From contig JBHYGA010000010.1 in assembly GCA_051859245.1 (NCBI GenBank), positions 22,798 to 86,797 of the forward strand: DNA of 64,000 bases, read 5' to 3'. Origin of the DNA: Gemmatimonadaceae bacterium (GTDB lineage Bacteria > Gemmatimonadota > Gemmatimonadetes > Gemmatimonadales > Gemmatimonadaceae). Positions 22,627 to 32,628 of the stretch are shown piece after piece. The first letter of the stretch is position 1. Each line of letters opens with the position of its first letter. Both the position numbers and the translations under genes were made by a program. A model generated the notes under the pieces. That model was not told the origin of the DNA and ran no database searches. It saw only the letters and a program-made list of their open reading frames with translations.

Positions 22627-23475
22627 TCAGCCTTGCACAACCGGCCTGATGAGTTCGTGAAAGTGCTGTTCGCTGCAGGCCGTACACAGTCCGTGTGAGA
22701 TGGACGCATCGGTACGAGTCTCGATGTACGCCTCGAGGGTATTCCAGTAGCCGTCATCGTCGCGGATTTTCTTGCACCACGCGCACACCGGTAACAGGCC
22801 GCTCAGCGTGCGCACGTTGGCAAGTGCCGACCGCAGCTCCTCGTTGCTCCGGGCGAGCGCCTGTTCCGCCGCCTGGCGCTCGCGCACTTCCTGCTCGGTC
22901 TGCGACAGCGCCCGCACGATCACGCTGTGCGCGGCGTAGCTCATCCACCCCACACACGCGAAGAGCGAACTGGCCACCACCCATTGCGTCAGTGTCACCG
23001 TAGGATCTGCAGTGGGCAGCATCCCTTGCTGCTCCGCCGTCAGCAGCCCGACGTACGCCAGCGAGGCGCACGCTGCTGACCAGATCACACCGTGACGACC
23101 CCACGTGAGACCCGCGAGCACGACAAGGGCCACGTAGTAGCCGGCAACGGGCGCGCGAATCGTGCCCATCATCCACACCACGCCGGTAATGCACGCAAAC
23201 ATCACGCTGAGCAGCGTGAAGGCGGCAAGATCGAGATGCCCTCGCTTCGCCAAAATGTGCAGCAGCGGACAGATGGCGACGAACCCAGCCGGCATCAGGA
23301 GGATCGGCCCCGTTGGTTGTCCAACAATCAGGGCGCCGAGCAACGCGATCAGCGTCATGCTGGCTACGGACCATAGCGAGACACTGAAAACCGCCGCTTT
23401 GCGGGACCGCAGGAGATCGCCTGGAAACGTGGGAGGCGACACAAAAGCGCGGAGCGTCAGCGGGAGCGAGCTCAT
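22627..23475 (-). CDS. Membrane sensor-like protein with C-terminal CxxC...HxxCxxC domain
   Basis: About 6 TM segments, a coiled coil, then LLPVCAWCKKIRDDDGYW...SHGLCTAC. Confidence 0.85.
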   Translation of the reverse strand: MSSLPLTLRAFVSPPTFPGDLLRSRKAAVFSVSLWSVASMTLIALLGALIVGQPTGPILLMPAGFVAICPLLHILAKRGHLDLAAFTLLSVMFACITGVVWMMGTIRAPVAGYYVALVVLAGLTWGRHGVIWSAACASLAYVGLLTAEQQGMLPTADPTVTLTQWVVASSLFACVGWMSYAAHSVIVRALSQTEQEVRERQAAEQALARSNEELRSALANVRTLSGLLPVCAWCKKIRDDDGYWNTLEAYIETRTDASISHGLCTACSEQHFHELIRPVVQG

Positions 23476-23540
23476 GGGAACGGTGAGGGGATCGGACAAT
23501 CGCGCTAGATTCAACCGCGACCCCAGATGGAGACGCGCCC

Positions 23541-24533
23541 CTGATATTTACACACAGCACCGCACAACGGCGTATCCTGTTGCTTGGCGCCACCGGCACC
23601 ATCGGTCGTGCGACAGCACGGGCGCTTGCGCGTGACGGTCATGAGGTGGTCTGCTTGATCCGAAACCGCACCGGACGATCGGCCGACGAGCGGACGATAC
23701 CTGGTGTTGCCGTGCGCACGGGCGACGTGACGGATCCGTCCTCGATTACTCGCGACGGATTTCGCGGTGAGCAGTTTGACACGGTGGTTTCGTGCCTCGC
23801 CTCCCGCACCGGCGAGCCACGCGATGCCTGGGCGATTGACCATCAGGCGCATGTCCACGTGCTCAACGCGGCGAAGGCCGCGGGTGTGACCCAGTTCGTG
23901 CTGCTCTCAGCGATCTGCGTGCAGAAACCGTTGCTCGCCTTTCAGCATGCCAAGCTCGCCTTTGAGCGCGAGCTGATGTCGTCCGGATTGACGTGGTCCA
24001 TTGTGCGGCCAACCGCGTTCTTCAAATCGCTGTCTGGACAAGTGCAGCGCGTACAGAATGGCAAACCGTTTCTGGTGTTCGGCAACGGAGAACTCACCGC
24101 CTGCAAGCCAATCAGTGATGATGATCTCGCGCGCTTCATCGCCTCGTGTGTCACGGACGTCGACAAACACAATCGTATTCTGCCAATTGGCGGTCCTGGC
24201 AAGGCACTCACACCGCATGAGCAGGGCGCGTTGTTGTTTGAGCTGACCGGTCGTCCGGCGCGCTACAAACGTGTTCCCGTGGCGCTGCTCGACACCATCG
24301 TCGCTGTGCTGGGTACGGCCGGTCGATTGGTACCAGCGCTCGCCGCAAAGGCTGAGTTGGCGCGTATCGGACGATACTACGCGACCGAATCCATGTTGGT
24401 GTGGAACGCGGAAACACAGCAGTACGATGCCAACGCGACTCCGTCCACAGGAACTGACACGCTGCGCGACTACTACGCACAGATGCTTGCCGGAAACACG
24501 GCCGACGCACGCGGCGAGCACGCGGTCTTCTGA
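23541..24533 (+). CDS. bciA: Probable 8-vinyl reductase for divinyl (proto)chlorophyllide, BciA/DVR type
   Basis: GATGTIG, VSCLASRTG..DAWAID, LLSAICVQKPLLAFQHAKLAFE, RPTAFFKSLSGQ, CKPIS, PIGGPG and IGRYYATESML. Start uncertain (CTG 23541 proposed). Confidence 0.78.
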   Translation: MIFTHSTAQRRILLLGATGTIGRATARALARDGHEVVCLIRNRTGRSADERTIPGVAVRTGDVTDPSSITRDGFRGEQFDTVVSCLASRTGEPRDAWAIDHQAHVHVLNAAKAAGVTQFVLLSAICVQKPLLAFQHAKLAFERELMSSGLTWSIVRPTAFFKSLSGQVQRVQNGKPFLVFGNGELTACKPISDDDLARFIASCVTDVDKHNRILPIGGPGKALTPHEQGALLFELTGRPARYKRVPVALLDTIVAVLGTAGRLVPALAAKAELARIGRYYATESMLVWNAETQQYDANATPSTGTDTLRDYYAQMLAGNTADARGEHAVF

Positions 24534-24535
24534 TT

Positions 24536-25480
24536 GTGACACGCGCGCTCGTTGGACTTTGCGTGGCAAGTCTCTGCCTCATGACTGTCAGTACTGTGCT
24601 GACAGCGCAGGGCGGGCCAGAGCGTGGAAACAACGCGCGTACACAACCGCCTGCGCACCTGCGCGTAGAACGGTGCAGCGCGATCACACAACCGCGCGCA
24701 CGACCGGCGCTTCCCGCGTTGACATATCGCGGCACCGATGTGCGTTGGGCGGAGTGGCCCATTCTTCTCGGCGAGCGAAAGTTGCCCGTCAGAATTGTGG
24801 TGGTTGAGGTGAACCCACAGCGACTACAACTCGAACTCGCCATTGCACGCGACGGCAATGCGCTCGCTGGCTGGTCACTCGACAACACTCCGCGCGACGC
24901 CGTGCTGGCCGTGAATGCCGGTCAGTTCACCGATACCGGCCCGTGGGGATGGGTGGTGCACAACGGACGCGAGTGGCAACAACCAGGACGCGGCTCACTC
25001 GCTGGCGCCGTCACGATCGACAGCGCCGGTAGCGTGCGCATTATTGACGCCACCGAGGTTGCATCCGCACGCGCCGCAGGCACGGTGCGCGAGGCGTTGC
25101 AATCGTATCCGCAGATTCTTCGCAACAGTCGCGCACCGAACTCATTGTGCGCACCAGAGCTGATCGATCAGGCGCACCGTGACGTACGCCTGGTAATGGC
25201 TACGCGACCCGACGGTCTTGTACTGTTGCTGCTCTCAAGGTTTGACGGGGCAGCCGGCCTGGCCTCGCGGCTCCCGCTCGGACCAACAACCCCCGAAATG
25301 GCCGAGATCGCCTGGCGGCTCGGCGCCGATCAGGCGCTCATGCTCGATGGTGGATTGTCGGCGCAGCTGCTCATTCGTGACAGCACTCATGAGGAGCGTT
25401 GGAACGGGTTGCGACGCGTGCCCCTCGCGCTGGTGGGGCGGATCAAACGACCTATAGCGGCGCCCGACCAGAGACCGTAA
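24536..25480 (+). CDS. Phosphodiester glycosidase (NAGPA-like) family protein
   Basis: Signal peptide, AVNAGQF and ALMLDGGLSAQL. Confidence 0.78.
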   Translation: MTRALVGLCVASLCLMTVSTVLTAQGGPERGNNARTQPPAHLRVERCSAITQPRARPALPALTYRGTDVRWAEWPILLGERKLPVRIVVVEVNPQRLQLELAIARDGNALAGWSLDNTPRDAVLAVNAGQFTDTGPWGWVVHNGREWQQPGRGSLAGAVTIDSAGSVRIIDATEVASARAAGTVREALQSYPQILRNSRAPNSLCAPELIDQAHRDVRLVMATRPDGLVLLLLSRFDGAAGLASRLPLGPTTPEMAEIAWRLGADQALMLDGGLSAQLLIRDSTHEERWNGLRRVPLALVGRIKRPIAAPDQRP

Positions 25481-25514
25481 CGTAGACGCGTCCCTGATCC
25501 CTTGCGGAGGCGTT

Positions 25515-26399
25515 ATGCGAAGCCGAGTGAGCGTTCGCGTTATACATGCGGTAGTCGCACTGTTGTTGTGTTCTGTGGTCAGCTCGACGGCCGAGGCGCA
25601 ACTCGGTCGCTTGAAGAAGGCGGCACAAGATGCGGTGAAAGACAAGATTGCAGGCAAGAAAGACTCGGCCGCCGCGACACAGAGCGCGACAAAGACTGCG
25701 TCGTCATCGAGCAATGCGTCCGTGTCGTACGCACTGACTGCCGATCACATCGAGTTGGTGCTCTCAAGTCTTGAACCAGCCATTGCGTACGCGCAGCGTC
25801 TGCAGCAAGCAACGCAACTGTCGGCCGAGTACAAGAAGCAGCAGGATCAGGCCAACGCATGCATGGAACAGGTGAAGAAGTCGTACGATCCGATGAAGGT
25901 CATGTCCATGTCGGAGAAGACTTCGGATGAAATTACGCGACTGAGTGAGCGGGCGGGCGAAGCGCAGGCTCGTGCCATGGCAGCGTACGAGAAGAACGAT
26001 CAGCGAACGTACTTGTTGGCCATGGACACGGCGACGGTGTTGTTGCAGCAATCAGCCGTGGTCACCATGGGCGGAAGTTGCAAGGTTCCGTATGCGCCGG
26101 TCGCAGTGATTGACATGCAGGCGTCTGCGAAAGCAGATGCTGCTGAAGCCGCCGTGAATCCTTCGCCGTTGGCAAAAGCCAAACTCACGCACACGCAGTT
26201 TGGTCGGATGCGCGAGCGCATTGCTCTCTGGGGCATGTTGCAAGAAGACCCGTCAATGAAGGTCGGCAGCGAAGGGGTATTCACCGCCGACGAGCACGCG
26301 GCGCTGCAGGCGCGCGCGGCCGACATCAAGCGCGTAACCGCGTACTTCAAGGACAGCACGCTGCGCTGGAGCACGTGGGGCGACGTCACCACCTGGTAG
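25515..26399 (+). CDS. Secreted hypothetical protein
   Basis: Signal peptide ending AEA-Q, QLGRLKKAAQDAVK, helical composition. Confidence 0.8.
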   Translation: MRSRVSVRVIHAVVALLLCSVVSSTAEAQLGRLKKAAQDAVKDKIAGKKDSAAATQSATKTASSSSNASVSYALTADHIELVLSSLEPAIAYAQRLQQATQLSAEYKKQQDQANACMEQVKKSYDPMKVMSMSEKTSDEITRLSERAGEAQARAMAAYEKNDQRTYLLAMDTATVLLQQSAVVTMGGSCKVPYAPVAVIDMQASAKADAAEAAVNPSPLAKAKLTHTQFGRMRERIALWGMLQEDPSMKVGSEGVFTADEHAALQARAADIKRVTAYFKDSTLRWSTWGDVTTW

Positions 26400-26483
26400 C
26401 AGCCCCGGCTCCTGACACAGGGGCCTATCTCATTTGGTTCGTTGGCGACACATTTCGCGGCTGCACCCTTCACCCGCCCCGAT

Positions 26484-29400
26484 ATGTGTCGCCAACTGTT
26501 TGCCGCCCTCTCCATTGCCGCGTGCTCCGCGGCGTTCCTTCCCGCCCAGTCGCCGTTTGACGGGCTTCGATTCCGCGAAATCGGTCCGGCCGTGATGGGC
26601 GGTCGTATTCAGGACGTGGAGGTGGATCCGCGCGACCATTCCACGATTTATGCGGCCGCTGCAGGCGGTGGTTTATGGAAAACCACCAACCACGGCATTC
26701 TCTGGACGCCGATCTTTGATGAGACCGGTGAAAATGCGTTCGGTGACATCGCCATTTTTGCTGGCGACAGCAAAGTCATCTGGGCCGGCACCGGCGAGCA
26801 GAACAATCGTCAGTCCAGCACGTGGGGCGGTGGCATGTTCAAGTCCACCGACGCGGGCGCGACGTGGAAGTTCACCGGATTGCGCGAAACATCGAGCATT
26901 GCCCGCGTGGTGTTGCACCCCACCGACGCGAACACGGCATATGTGGCCGCTGTTGGCAATCTCTGGCGCGCCAATGCGGAACGCGGTGTGTTTCGCACCA
27001 CCGACGGCGGCGCCACGTGGAAGCGAGTGCTTACGGTCGACACGCTCACCGGCGCCACAGATCTTGTGATGGATCCGCGCGATCCGAAGGTGCTGTACGC
27101 CGCTACCTATCAGCGCCTGCGTACCGGCTTTGGATTTAACGGCGGCGGACCCGGCAGCGGCATCTGGAAGTCCACCGATGCCGGGGACACGTGGTTGCCA
27201 CTCACCAACGGCGTGCCCGAAGGCGACAAAGGCCGCATCGGTTTGGCAATTGCAATGTCGAAACCTGACGTCCTGGTCGCCACCATCGAACATGCGGGTG
27301 CAGGTGGCACGTATCGCAGTGAAGACGCGGGCGCTACGTGGAAGCGCATGAGCGCAACGAATCCTCGGCCGATGTACTACTCAAAACCGTACATCGATCC
27401 GACCAACGATCAGCGTATCTGGATGATGGGCGTGCAGCCTGCGAAGAGTGAGAACGGCGGCGCAACATTTGAAGGCATGCCGAACTCGCCCACGTATGAT
27501 CTGGGGCTGAAAGACGATCACCACGCGCTATGGATCGATCCCACAGACCCGCGGCACCTGCTGCTTGGCGGCGACGGTGGATTACACGAAAGCTGGGATC
27601 TCGGCTACACGTACGCGCGTATCAACAACTTTTCCATCGGCCAGTTCTACCGAATCGCCGTGGACAATCGCGAACCGTACTGGATTTACGGTGGCATGCA
27701 GGATGCGCACTCCTGGATGGGGCCGAGCGCAACCAACCATTGGCTCGGCATTCTGAATCAGGATTGGGTGCAGATCGGTTTCAGCGATGGCACAGGGCAC
27801 GCCGTCGACATGAAGGGCGAACGTTTTGTGTACTCCACCTCGAGTGGCGGAAACATTTCGCGTGTGGACGCCATCACCGGTGACCGTTACGACATTCAGC
27901 CCATGGCGCCATCGGGCGAGAGTTATCGCTTTGACTGGACAGCACCAGTGGTCGCGTCGGTACACAACGCGGGCACGGTGTACCTTGGCGCAAACAAGTT
28001 GCTCATCTCAAGAGACTTCGGCAGCACGTGGACTGCAACGGAAGATCTCACGCGCAAAGTGAACCGCGATACGCTCCGCATTGGGGGCGTGCTCACCACA
28101 GAGATTCGTCACTCGCGAAATGACGGCGAATCGAACTTCAGTGAAATCACCACGATGGCCGAATCACCGCGTGATGCGCGCGTGCTGTGGGTGGGCACGG
28201 ATGACGGCAACGTGCAAGTGTCGCGCGATGGCGGGCAAAGCTGGACGGAAGTGGGGAAGAACATCCGCGGCGTCACCGATGGCTCGTTCGTTGATCGTGT
28301 TGTTGCAAGCAGCGCTGGTGCAGGCACTGCCTACGTGTCGTTCGACAATCACCGCAGCGGCGACTTTGCGCCGCACATTTTCCGCACGACCGATTTCGGG
28401 CGTACATGGAAGCGCACCACCACTGGCCTGCCCGATGGCAATCCAGTGCGTTCGATCGCCGAGTATCCGGGCAAGGCGAACGTGCTGCTCGCGGGTACCG
28501 AGCGTTTCCTGCACTACAGCGTGGATAGCGGCAGTACGTGGACGCGTCTCAAAGCGAATCTCCCGCCCACGCGCTATGACGACATTGTGATTCATCCGCG
28601 CACGCGCGACATCGTGCTGGGCACGCACGGCCGCAGCATCTGGGTGCTGGATGATGCGGCAGCGCTGGCTGAGTGGACCGCGGCAACCGAGCAGAAACCT
28701 GCGACGCTGTTTTCGGTGCGTCCCACCACGCTGACGATCTATCGCGCGGATGTCTCCACGGCAGCACACGCGATCTATGCTGCTGAAAACCCGGAAGAAG
28801 GTGCAGCGTTCACGTACTATCTCACACGCCCTGTCGACACCGTACAGTTCGTTGTGACGAACGCGGCGGGTCGCGAAGTGCGTCGCTTCACTGCACCAAC
28901 CACCACTGGTGTCGTACAGCGCGTGAACTGGGATTTGCGTTGGCCGGTCGTGTCCGCCAGCGGTTTCGCCGGCGGGTTTGCTGGTGGGTTTTCTGGTGGT
29001 CCGCCGTCCGGCGCGGGTGGCATGACGCGCACCGCACAAGGCCCCGCGCGCCGACCGGCGCTTCCGATTCCTGCGCACAATATTGGTCCGCGCGGATTTC
29101 ACGTGGCGCCTGGTCGCTTCACCGTCACGATGATCGCGGGTCGCGACACATCGCGGCAACAGTTCGAGGTCCGCGCCGACGCAACAAGCAACGTCACCGT
29201 TGCGGAACACAACGAACGTGAATCGTTCCTGCTTGAAGTGGTGGAGGTCCAGTCACGACTTGCGGCACGCAGCACCGAGTTTCGCGCAAAACTTCAGAAC
29301 GCCACCGGTGCAGACGCACAGCGCTTACAAACCATCGCCGAAGAACTGGGACTTGCTGCTGGCGCAGCGCGTGGCGGCCGTGGAGGACGCGGACCGGGTA

Positions 29401-29543
29401 GCGGCCTTGGTCAGATCATCAGCGGTTACACCGGAAGCGGTGTACGACAGGCCAGTGTGAAAGCGCCCACAGGCACGCACAAGGCCGCGCTTGCCGACGC
29501 GAAGCGTGCGTTGGCGCAGCTTGAGAACGCGCTCAAGCCATAG
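26484..29543 (+). CDS. VPS10/BNR-repeat beta-propeller protein (glycosyl hydrolase-like)
   Basis: FREIGPAVMGGRI, many S/TxDxGxTW Asp-boxes and GTHGRSIWVLDD. Confidence 0.92.
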   Translation: MCRQLFAALSIAACSAAFLPAQSPFDGLRFREIGPAVMGGRIQDVEVDPRDHSTIYAAAAGGGLWKTTNHGILWTPIFDETGENAFGDIAIFAGDSKVIWAGTGEQNNRQSSTWGGGMFKSTDAGATWKFTGLRETSSIARVVLHPTDANTAYVAAVGNLWRANAERGVFRTTDGGATWKRVLTVDTLTGATDLVMDPRDPKVLYAATYQRLRTGFGFNGGGPGSGIWKSTDAGDTWLPLTNGVPEGDKGRIGLAIAMSKPDVLVATIEHAGAGGTYRSEDAGATWKRMSATNPRPMYYSKPYIDPTNDQRIWMMGVQPAKSENGGATFEGMPNSPTYDLGLKDDHHALWIDPTDPRHLLLGGDGGLHESWDLGYTYARINNFSIGQFYRIAVDNREPYWIYGGMQDAHSWMGPSATNHWLGILNQDWVQIGFSDGTGHAVDMKGERFVYSTSSGGNISRVDAITGDRYDIQPMAPSGESYRFDWTAPVVASVHNAGTVYLGANKLLISRDFGSTWTATEDLTRKVNRDTLRIGGVLTTEIRHSRNDGESNFSEITTMAESPRDARVLWVGTDDGNVQVSRDGGQSWTEVGKNIRGVTDGSFVDRVVASSAGAGTAYVSFDNHRSGDFAPHIFRTTDFGRTWKRTTTGLPDGNPVRSIAEYPGKANVLLAGTERFLHYSVDSGSTWTRLKANLPPTRYDDIVIHPRTRDIVLGTHGRSIWVLDDAAALAEWTAATEQKPATLFSVRPTTLTIYRADVSTAAHAIYAAENPEEGAAFTYYLTRPVDTVQFVVTNAAGREVRRFTAPTTTGVVQRVNWDLRWPVVSASGFAGGFAGGFSGGPPSGAGGMTRTAQGPARRPALPIPAHNIGPRGFHVAPGRFTVTMIAGRDTSRQQFEVRADATSNVTVAEHNERESFLLEVVEVQSRLAARSTEFRAKLQNATGADAQRLQTIAEELGLAAGAARGGRGGRGPGSGLGQIISGYTGSGVRQASVKAPTGTHKAALADAKRALAQLENALKP

Positions 29544-29560
29544 CGCACCGCGCGACGACT

Positions 29561-30187
29561 CTATCGAACTCCGGGTGTGGTGCGCGCCGCCGGCCACACC
29601 CGTCGAGCCATTTCGTGAAACTGGCGATCCAACGCCTCTGGTGTTTCTCGATTCGGATTGTCGACCCACCATTTGGCGAGCTCGATTAGTGCCGCCGCGA
29701 GTAATCGCGCGGCCAACTTTGGCTGCATGGTCGCGTGCGTGAGCCGCGTGGACTGCGCGAGCGGCGGCAGTCGTCGCCAGATCATGTCTGCGAGGAGTTC
29801 AGTCCCGTACACCCAGATCTCATCGAGCCGGCCGGCGTCACGCAGCGATTGAATCACACCGCCGGAGTCGCCGAGGTGGTGCAGCATTTCCGCGAGCGGC
29901 GCCACGCGTGAAGCGTCTGCCCCAGGCGCATCGAGCCGACTGGCGAGCCCGGCCAGCATGCGCTCGAAGCTCCAGTACAGCGCATCATCTTTGTTGCGCC
30001 AATACGCATAGAACGTCGCGCGCGAAACGTCGGCACGATCAAGAATGTGCTGTACCGTAATCTCTTTGAACGAGCGCTCCGCAAGCAGCACCACCATCGC
30101 GCTCCCCATCGCGCGCATCGTGCGTTCCACGCGTGCATCGGGCTCATCACCCGGTTCCTGAACATCGGCGGGGCGTTTGTTCATCAT
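29561..30187 (-). CDS. TetR/AcrR family regulator
   Basis: DARVERT...ITVQHILDRADVSRATFYAYWRNKDD. A TGAACA-N13-TGTTCA inverted repeat lies over the first codons (30159-30183). Confidence 0.9.
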   Translation of the reverse strand: MMNKRPADVQEPGDEPDARVERTMRAMGSAMVVLLAERSFKEITVQHILDRADVSRATFYAYWRNKDDALYWSFERMLAGLASRLDAPGADASRVAPLAEMLHHLGDSGGVIQSLRDAGRLDEIWVYGTELLADMIWRRLPPLAQSTRLTHATMQPKLAARLLAAALIELAKWWVDNPNRETPEALDRQFHEMARRVWPAARTTPGVR

Positions 30188-30290
30188 CGGCTTCGGGTGG
30201 TCAGCATCCGCTGTATTCTCGGCGTCATCACGCGCGTTTGCAATGCTCAGCCAGTGAACGGAAGCGCGCGACCACTTTCGCGGAGCGTAT

Positions 30291-30929
30291 ATGCACAGAA
30301 ATCAGAAAGCAGCCCTGGCACTCACGATCGGGACAATCGGCACGTTCGTGACCATGGGTCTGCATCCAACAGGTGCGGAAACCATCAGCAACTCGGCAGG
30401 CGGCGGCGCCAACATGCTGGCGCGGGGTGTCCATGCGCTCGCCATCGCCATGCTACCGCTGGTGTTGACGGGCATGTTGTTGCTTACGTTGCAGTTGCGC
30501 GCGCAGTTTGAGTTGGCCGTGACCGCCTACACGTCGTATGCACTGGCGGTGTTTGCCGTGCTGGTGGCGGCCGCCGCCAGTGGCCTGCTCTCGCCGGCGA
30601 TGGCCGACCACATGGCAACGACCGATGGTGCGGCACGTGACTTGGCGTTGCAACAGTTCCGTTTCTCCGGACAGATCAATCAGGCGTTCTCCAAGATCTA
30701 CGTGTCGCTCAGCAGCCTTGCAATTGTGCTCTGGTCGATCGCAATGCGGGCTACGCCCCCGTTTTCCAGACTGCTCGTATCGCTGGGCGTGATTGTTGGG
30801 CTGCTCGGCATCGCTGGTATTTTCTCCGGACGGCTTCACCTGGGCGTTCACGGCTTTGGCCTGGTTGTGCTGGCCCAAGGGGTCTGGACCCTGTGGACGG
30901 CCCGGTCGCTGAGCGCAGCGCGGGAATAG
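30291..30929 (+). CDS. Membrane protein of unknown function
   Basis: About 6 TM segments, MGLHP and LGVHGFG; divergent from tetR. Confidence 0.8.
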   Translation: MHRNQKAALALTIGTIGTFVTMGLHPTGAETISNSAGGGANMLARGVHALAIAMLPLVLTGMLLLTLQLRAQFELAVTAYTSYALAVFAVLVAAAASGLLSPAMADHMATTDGAARDLALQQFRFSGQINQAFSKIYVSLSSLAIVLWSIAMRATPPFSRLLVSLGVIVGLLGIAGIFSGRLHLGVHGFGLVVLAQGVWTLWTARSLSAARE

Positions 30930-30971
30930 CTCCAGCATTGCGTCCGTCGCGTGCCATTGTCAGAATGTGGC

Positions 30972-31427
30972 ATGCGAAAGCACGTACTTCTTTATGGACT
31001 ACTGTGCGGCGTGCTCATCGCCGCGCTGCAGTTCATTGAGTATCGCTGGATCGTAGTTGAGCACTCCATTCAGATTTACGGAGCGCTAGTGGCCGCCCTG
31101 TTCGCCACGCTCGGCCTGTGGCTCGGCAATCGCCTCACCAGGCCCAAAGCGCCGGCACCTGAAGTTGTCGTTCGGGAGGTCCTGATCCCGGCGCCGACCA
31201 TGTTCGTGCGCGACGAACAGCAGGTGGCCGCACTTGGGCTCACACCTCGCGAGCTGGAGATTCTCGCGCTCATCGCCGACGGCCTGAGCAATCGGGAAAT
31301 CGCCGCGCGCGTGTTTGTCAGCGAGAATACGGTGAAGACGCACTCGAGCCGCGTATTCGGCAAACTCGGCGCCCAGCGGCGGACGCAAGCCGTGCAGCGG
31401 GGCAAGGAGCTGCGGCTGATCCCGTGA
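30972..31427 (+). CDS. Membrane-anchored LuxR-type HTH regulator
   Basis: Two N-terminal TM segments, then LTPRELEILALIADGLSNREIAARVFVSENTVKTH; no receiver domain. Confidence 0.9.
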   Translation: MRKHVLLYGLLCGVLIAALQFIEYRWIVVEHSIQIYGALVAALFATLGLWLGNRLTRPKAPAPEVVVREVLIPAPTMFVRDEQQVAALGLTPRELEILALIADGLSNREIAARVFVSENTVKTHSSRVFGKLGAQRRTQAVQRGKELRLIP

Positions 31428-31441
31428 CGGCTGCGACTTTC

Positions 31442-31514
31442 GGGTGATTTTTGGCCGTCAGATGGAAAATCACCCATTTGGGTGACGCGATGGAAGACCG
31501 CAGGTCGCTAGAAT
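31442..31514 (+). promoter_or_regulatory. LuxR/NarL-type palindromic site and -10 element upstream of the DUF4199-like gene
   Basis: TCACCC-ATTT-GGGTGA (31470-31485), an extra GGGTGATTTT half site (31442-31451) and TAGAAT (31509-31514). Confidence 0.65.
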
Positions 31515-31543
31515 CGGCCTTCCTTCAACCTTCGGGACCTCAC

Positions 31544-32068
31544 ATGCAAAAAATCGTGCTCACGTTTGGACTCATTGCCGGCGCCATGCTGTCGGTGATG
31601 ATGCTGCTCACCATACCGTTCATGGAGCAGATTGGCTTCGACAAAGGCATGCTCATCGGCTACACCACGATGGTGCTGTCTTTCATGATGGTGTACTTCG
31701 GTGTGCGTTCCTATCGCGACAATGTGGCCGGCGGGACGGTGACGTTCGGTCGCGCATTCAATGTGGGCATCATGATCACGGCGCTGGCCAGCTTGTGTTA
31801 TGTCGCCACCTGGCAACTGGTCTATCACAAGATCTCGCCGGACTTCTTCGAGAAGTACTCAGCCTATACGCTCGACAAAGCAAAAGCCGGTGGTGCCACC
31901 GAGGCCGAGCTTGCCGCCCAGGCCGCGGAAATGGCCCGCTTCAACGAGATGTACAAGAATCCGCTCGTCAACATGGGCATCACGTTTCTCGAGCCGCTCC
32001 CGGTTGGCCTGCTGTTTACACTGGTCACAGCAGGCCTGCTGAGCCGGAAGCGGCGAAGCGAGGGTTAG
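31544..32068 (+). CDS. DUF4199-like membrane protein
   Basis: GYTTMVLSF...GVRSYRDNVAGGTVTFGRAF...PDFFEKY...TFLEPLPVG. Confidence 0.85.
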   Translation: MQKIVLTFGLIAGAMLSVMMLLTIPFMEQIGFDKGMLIGYTTMVLSFMMVYFGVRSYRDNVAGGTVTFGRAFNVGIMITALASLCYVATWQLVYHKISPDFFEKYSAYTLDKAKAGGATEAELAAQAAEMARFNEMYKNPLVNMGITFLEPLPVGLLFTLVTAGLLSRKRRSEG

Positions 32069-32628
32069 TTGCAGCGCACGTTGGGATTGAATGGTGTGTA
32101 GAGGCCATTGGGATTGGCTTCGTACAGCCACACGTGCAAGCTCCAGTGCGGCACACCCTGCTGCGTGAGCACCGGAACGCCACCAATGTCGAACGGCTGT
32201 CCGTCGAATGACGGCCGTTCCTGTCCTACGTTGATCACAATGTATTCCGCACCAACAATCTTCTTTGCGTTGCCCTTCGCCGGCGCGTAGAGCAGCGCTT
32301 CAGGCTTGGTGGCATCAAACACCGGATCAACCAGGCTGGCGTTCACCCAATGCGCACCCATGCCACCTAGCTGCGGATGTGCCACACAATGCGGATCGAT
32401 CACGTATCCGGCCATCAGCGCCTGCTGGTTCGAGTGAAAACGCGACGTGCTCTGACGGGCGGCCTTGTACATGTCGCCCGCCACAGCCGTAACAGCAGTT
32501 GACGCGTGATTGGCGTGCGCCGTGAGGTGATCAACAGCGGTTGGTGCAGACATTTCGTCGCAGGCAACGAGTGACAGCATGGTGATGACAACCAGCGCTG
32601 TAGGCTTGAACAACGTTCGATTCAACAT
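32065..32628 (-). CDS. Hypothetical lipoprotein
   Basis: Lipobox LVAC, GGMGAHWVN, PEALLY and LHVWLYEANPNG. Confidence 0.8.
   Translation of the reverse strand: MLNRTLFKPTALVVITMLSLVACDEMSAPTAVDHLTAHANHASTAVTAVAGDMYKAARQSTSRFHSNQQALMAGYVIDPHCVAHPQLGGMGAHWVNASLVDPVFDATKPEALLYAPAKGNAKKIVGAEYIVINVGQERPSFDGQPFDIGGVPVLTQQGVPHWSLHVWLYEANPNGLYTPFNPNVRCN

Noticed and set aside
28960..29020. GFAG-GFAG-GFSG repeat in the BNR protein
   Set aside because: It is an ordinary Gly-rich linker for this family.
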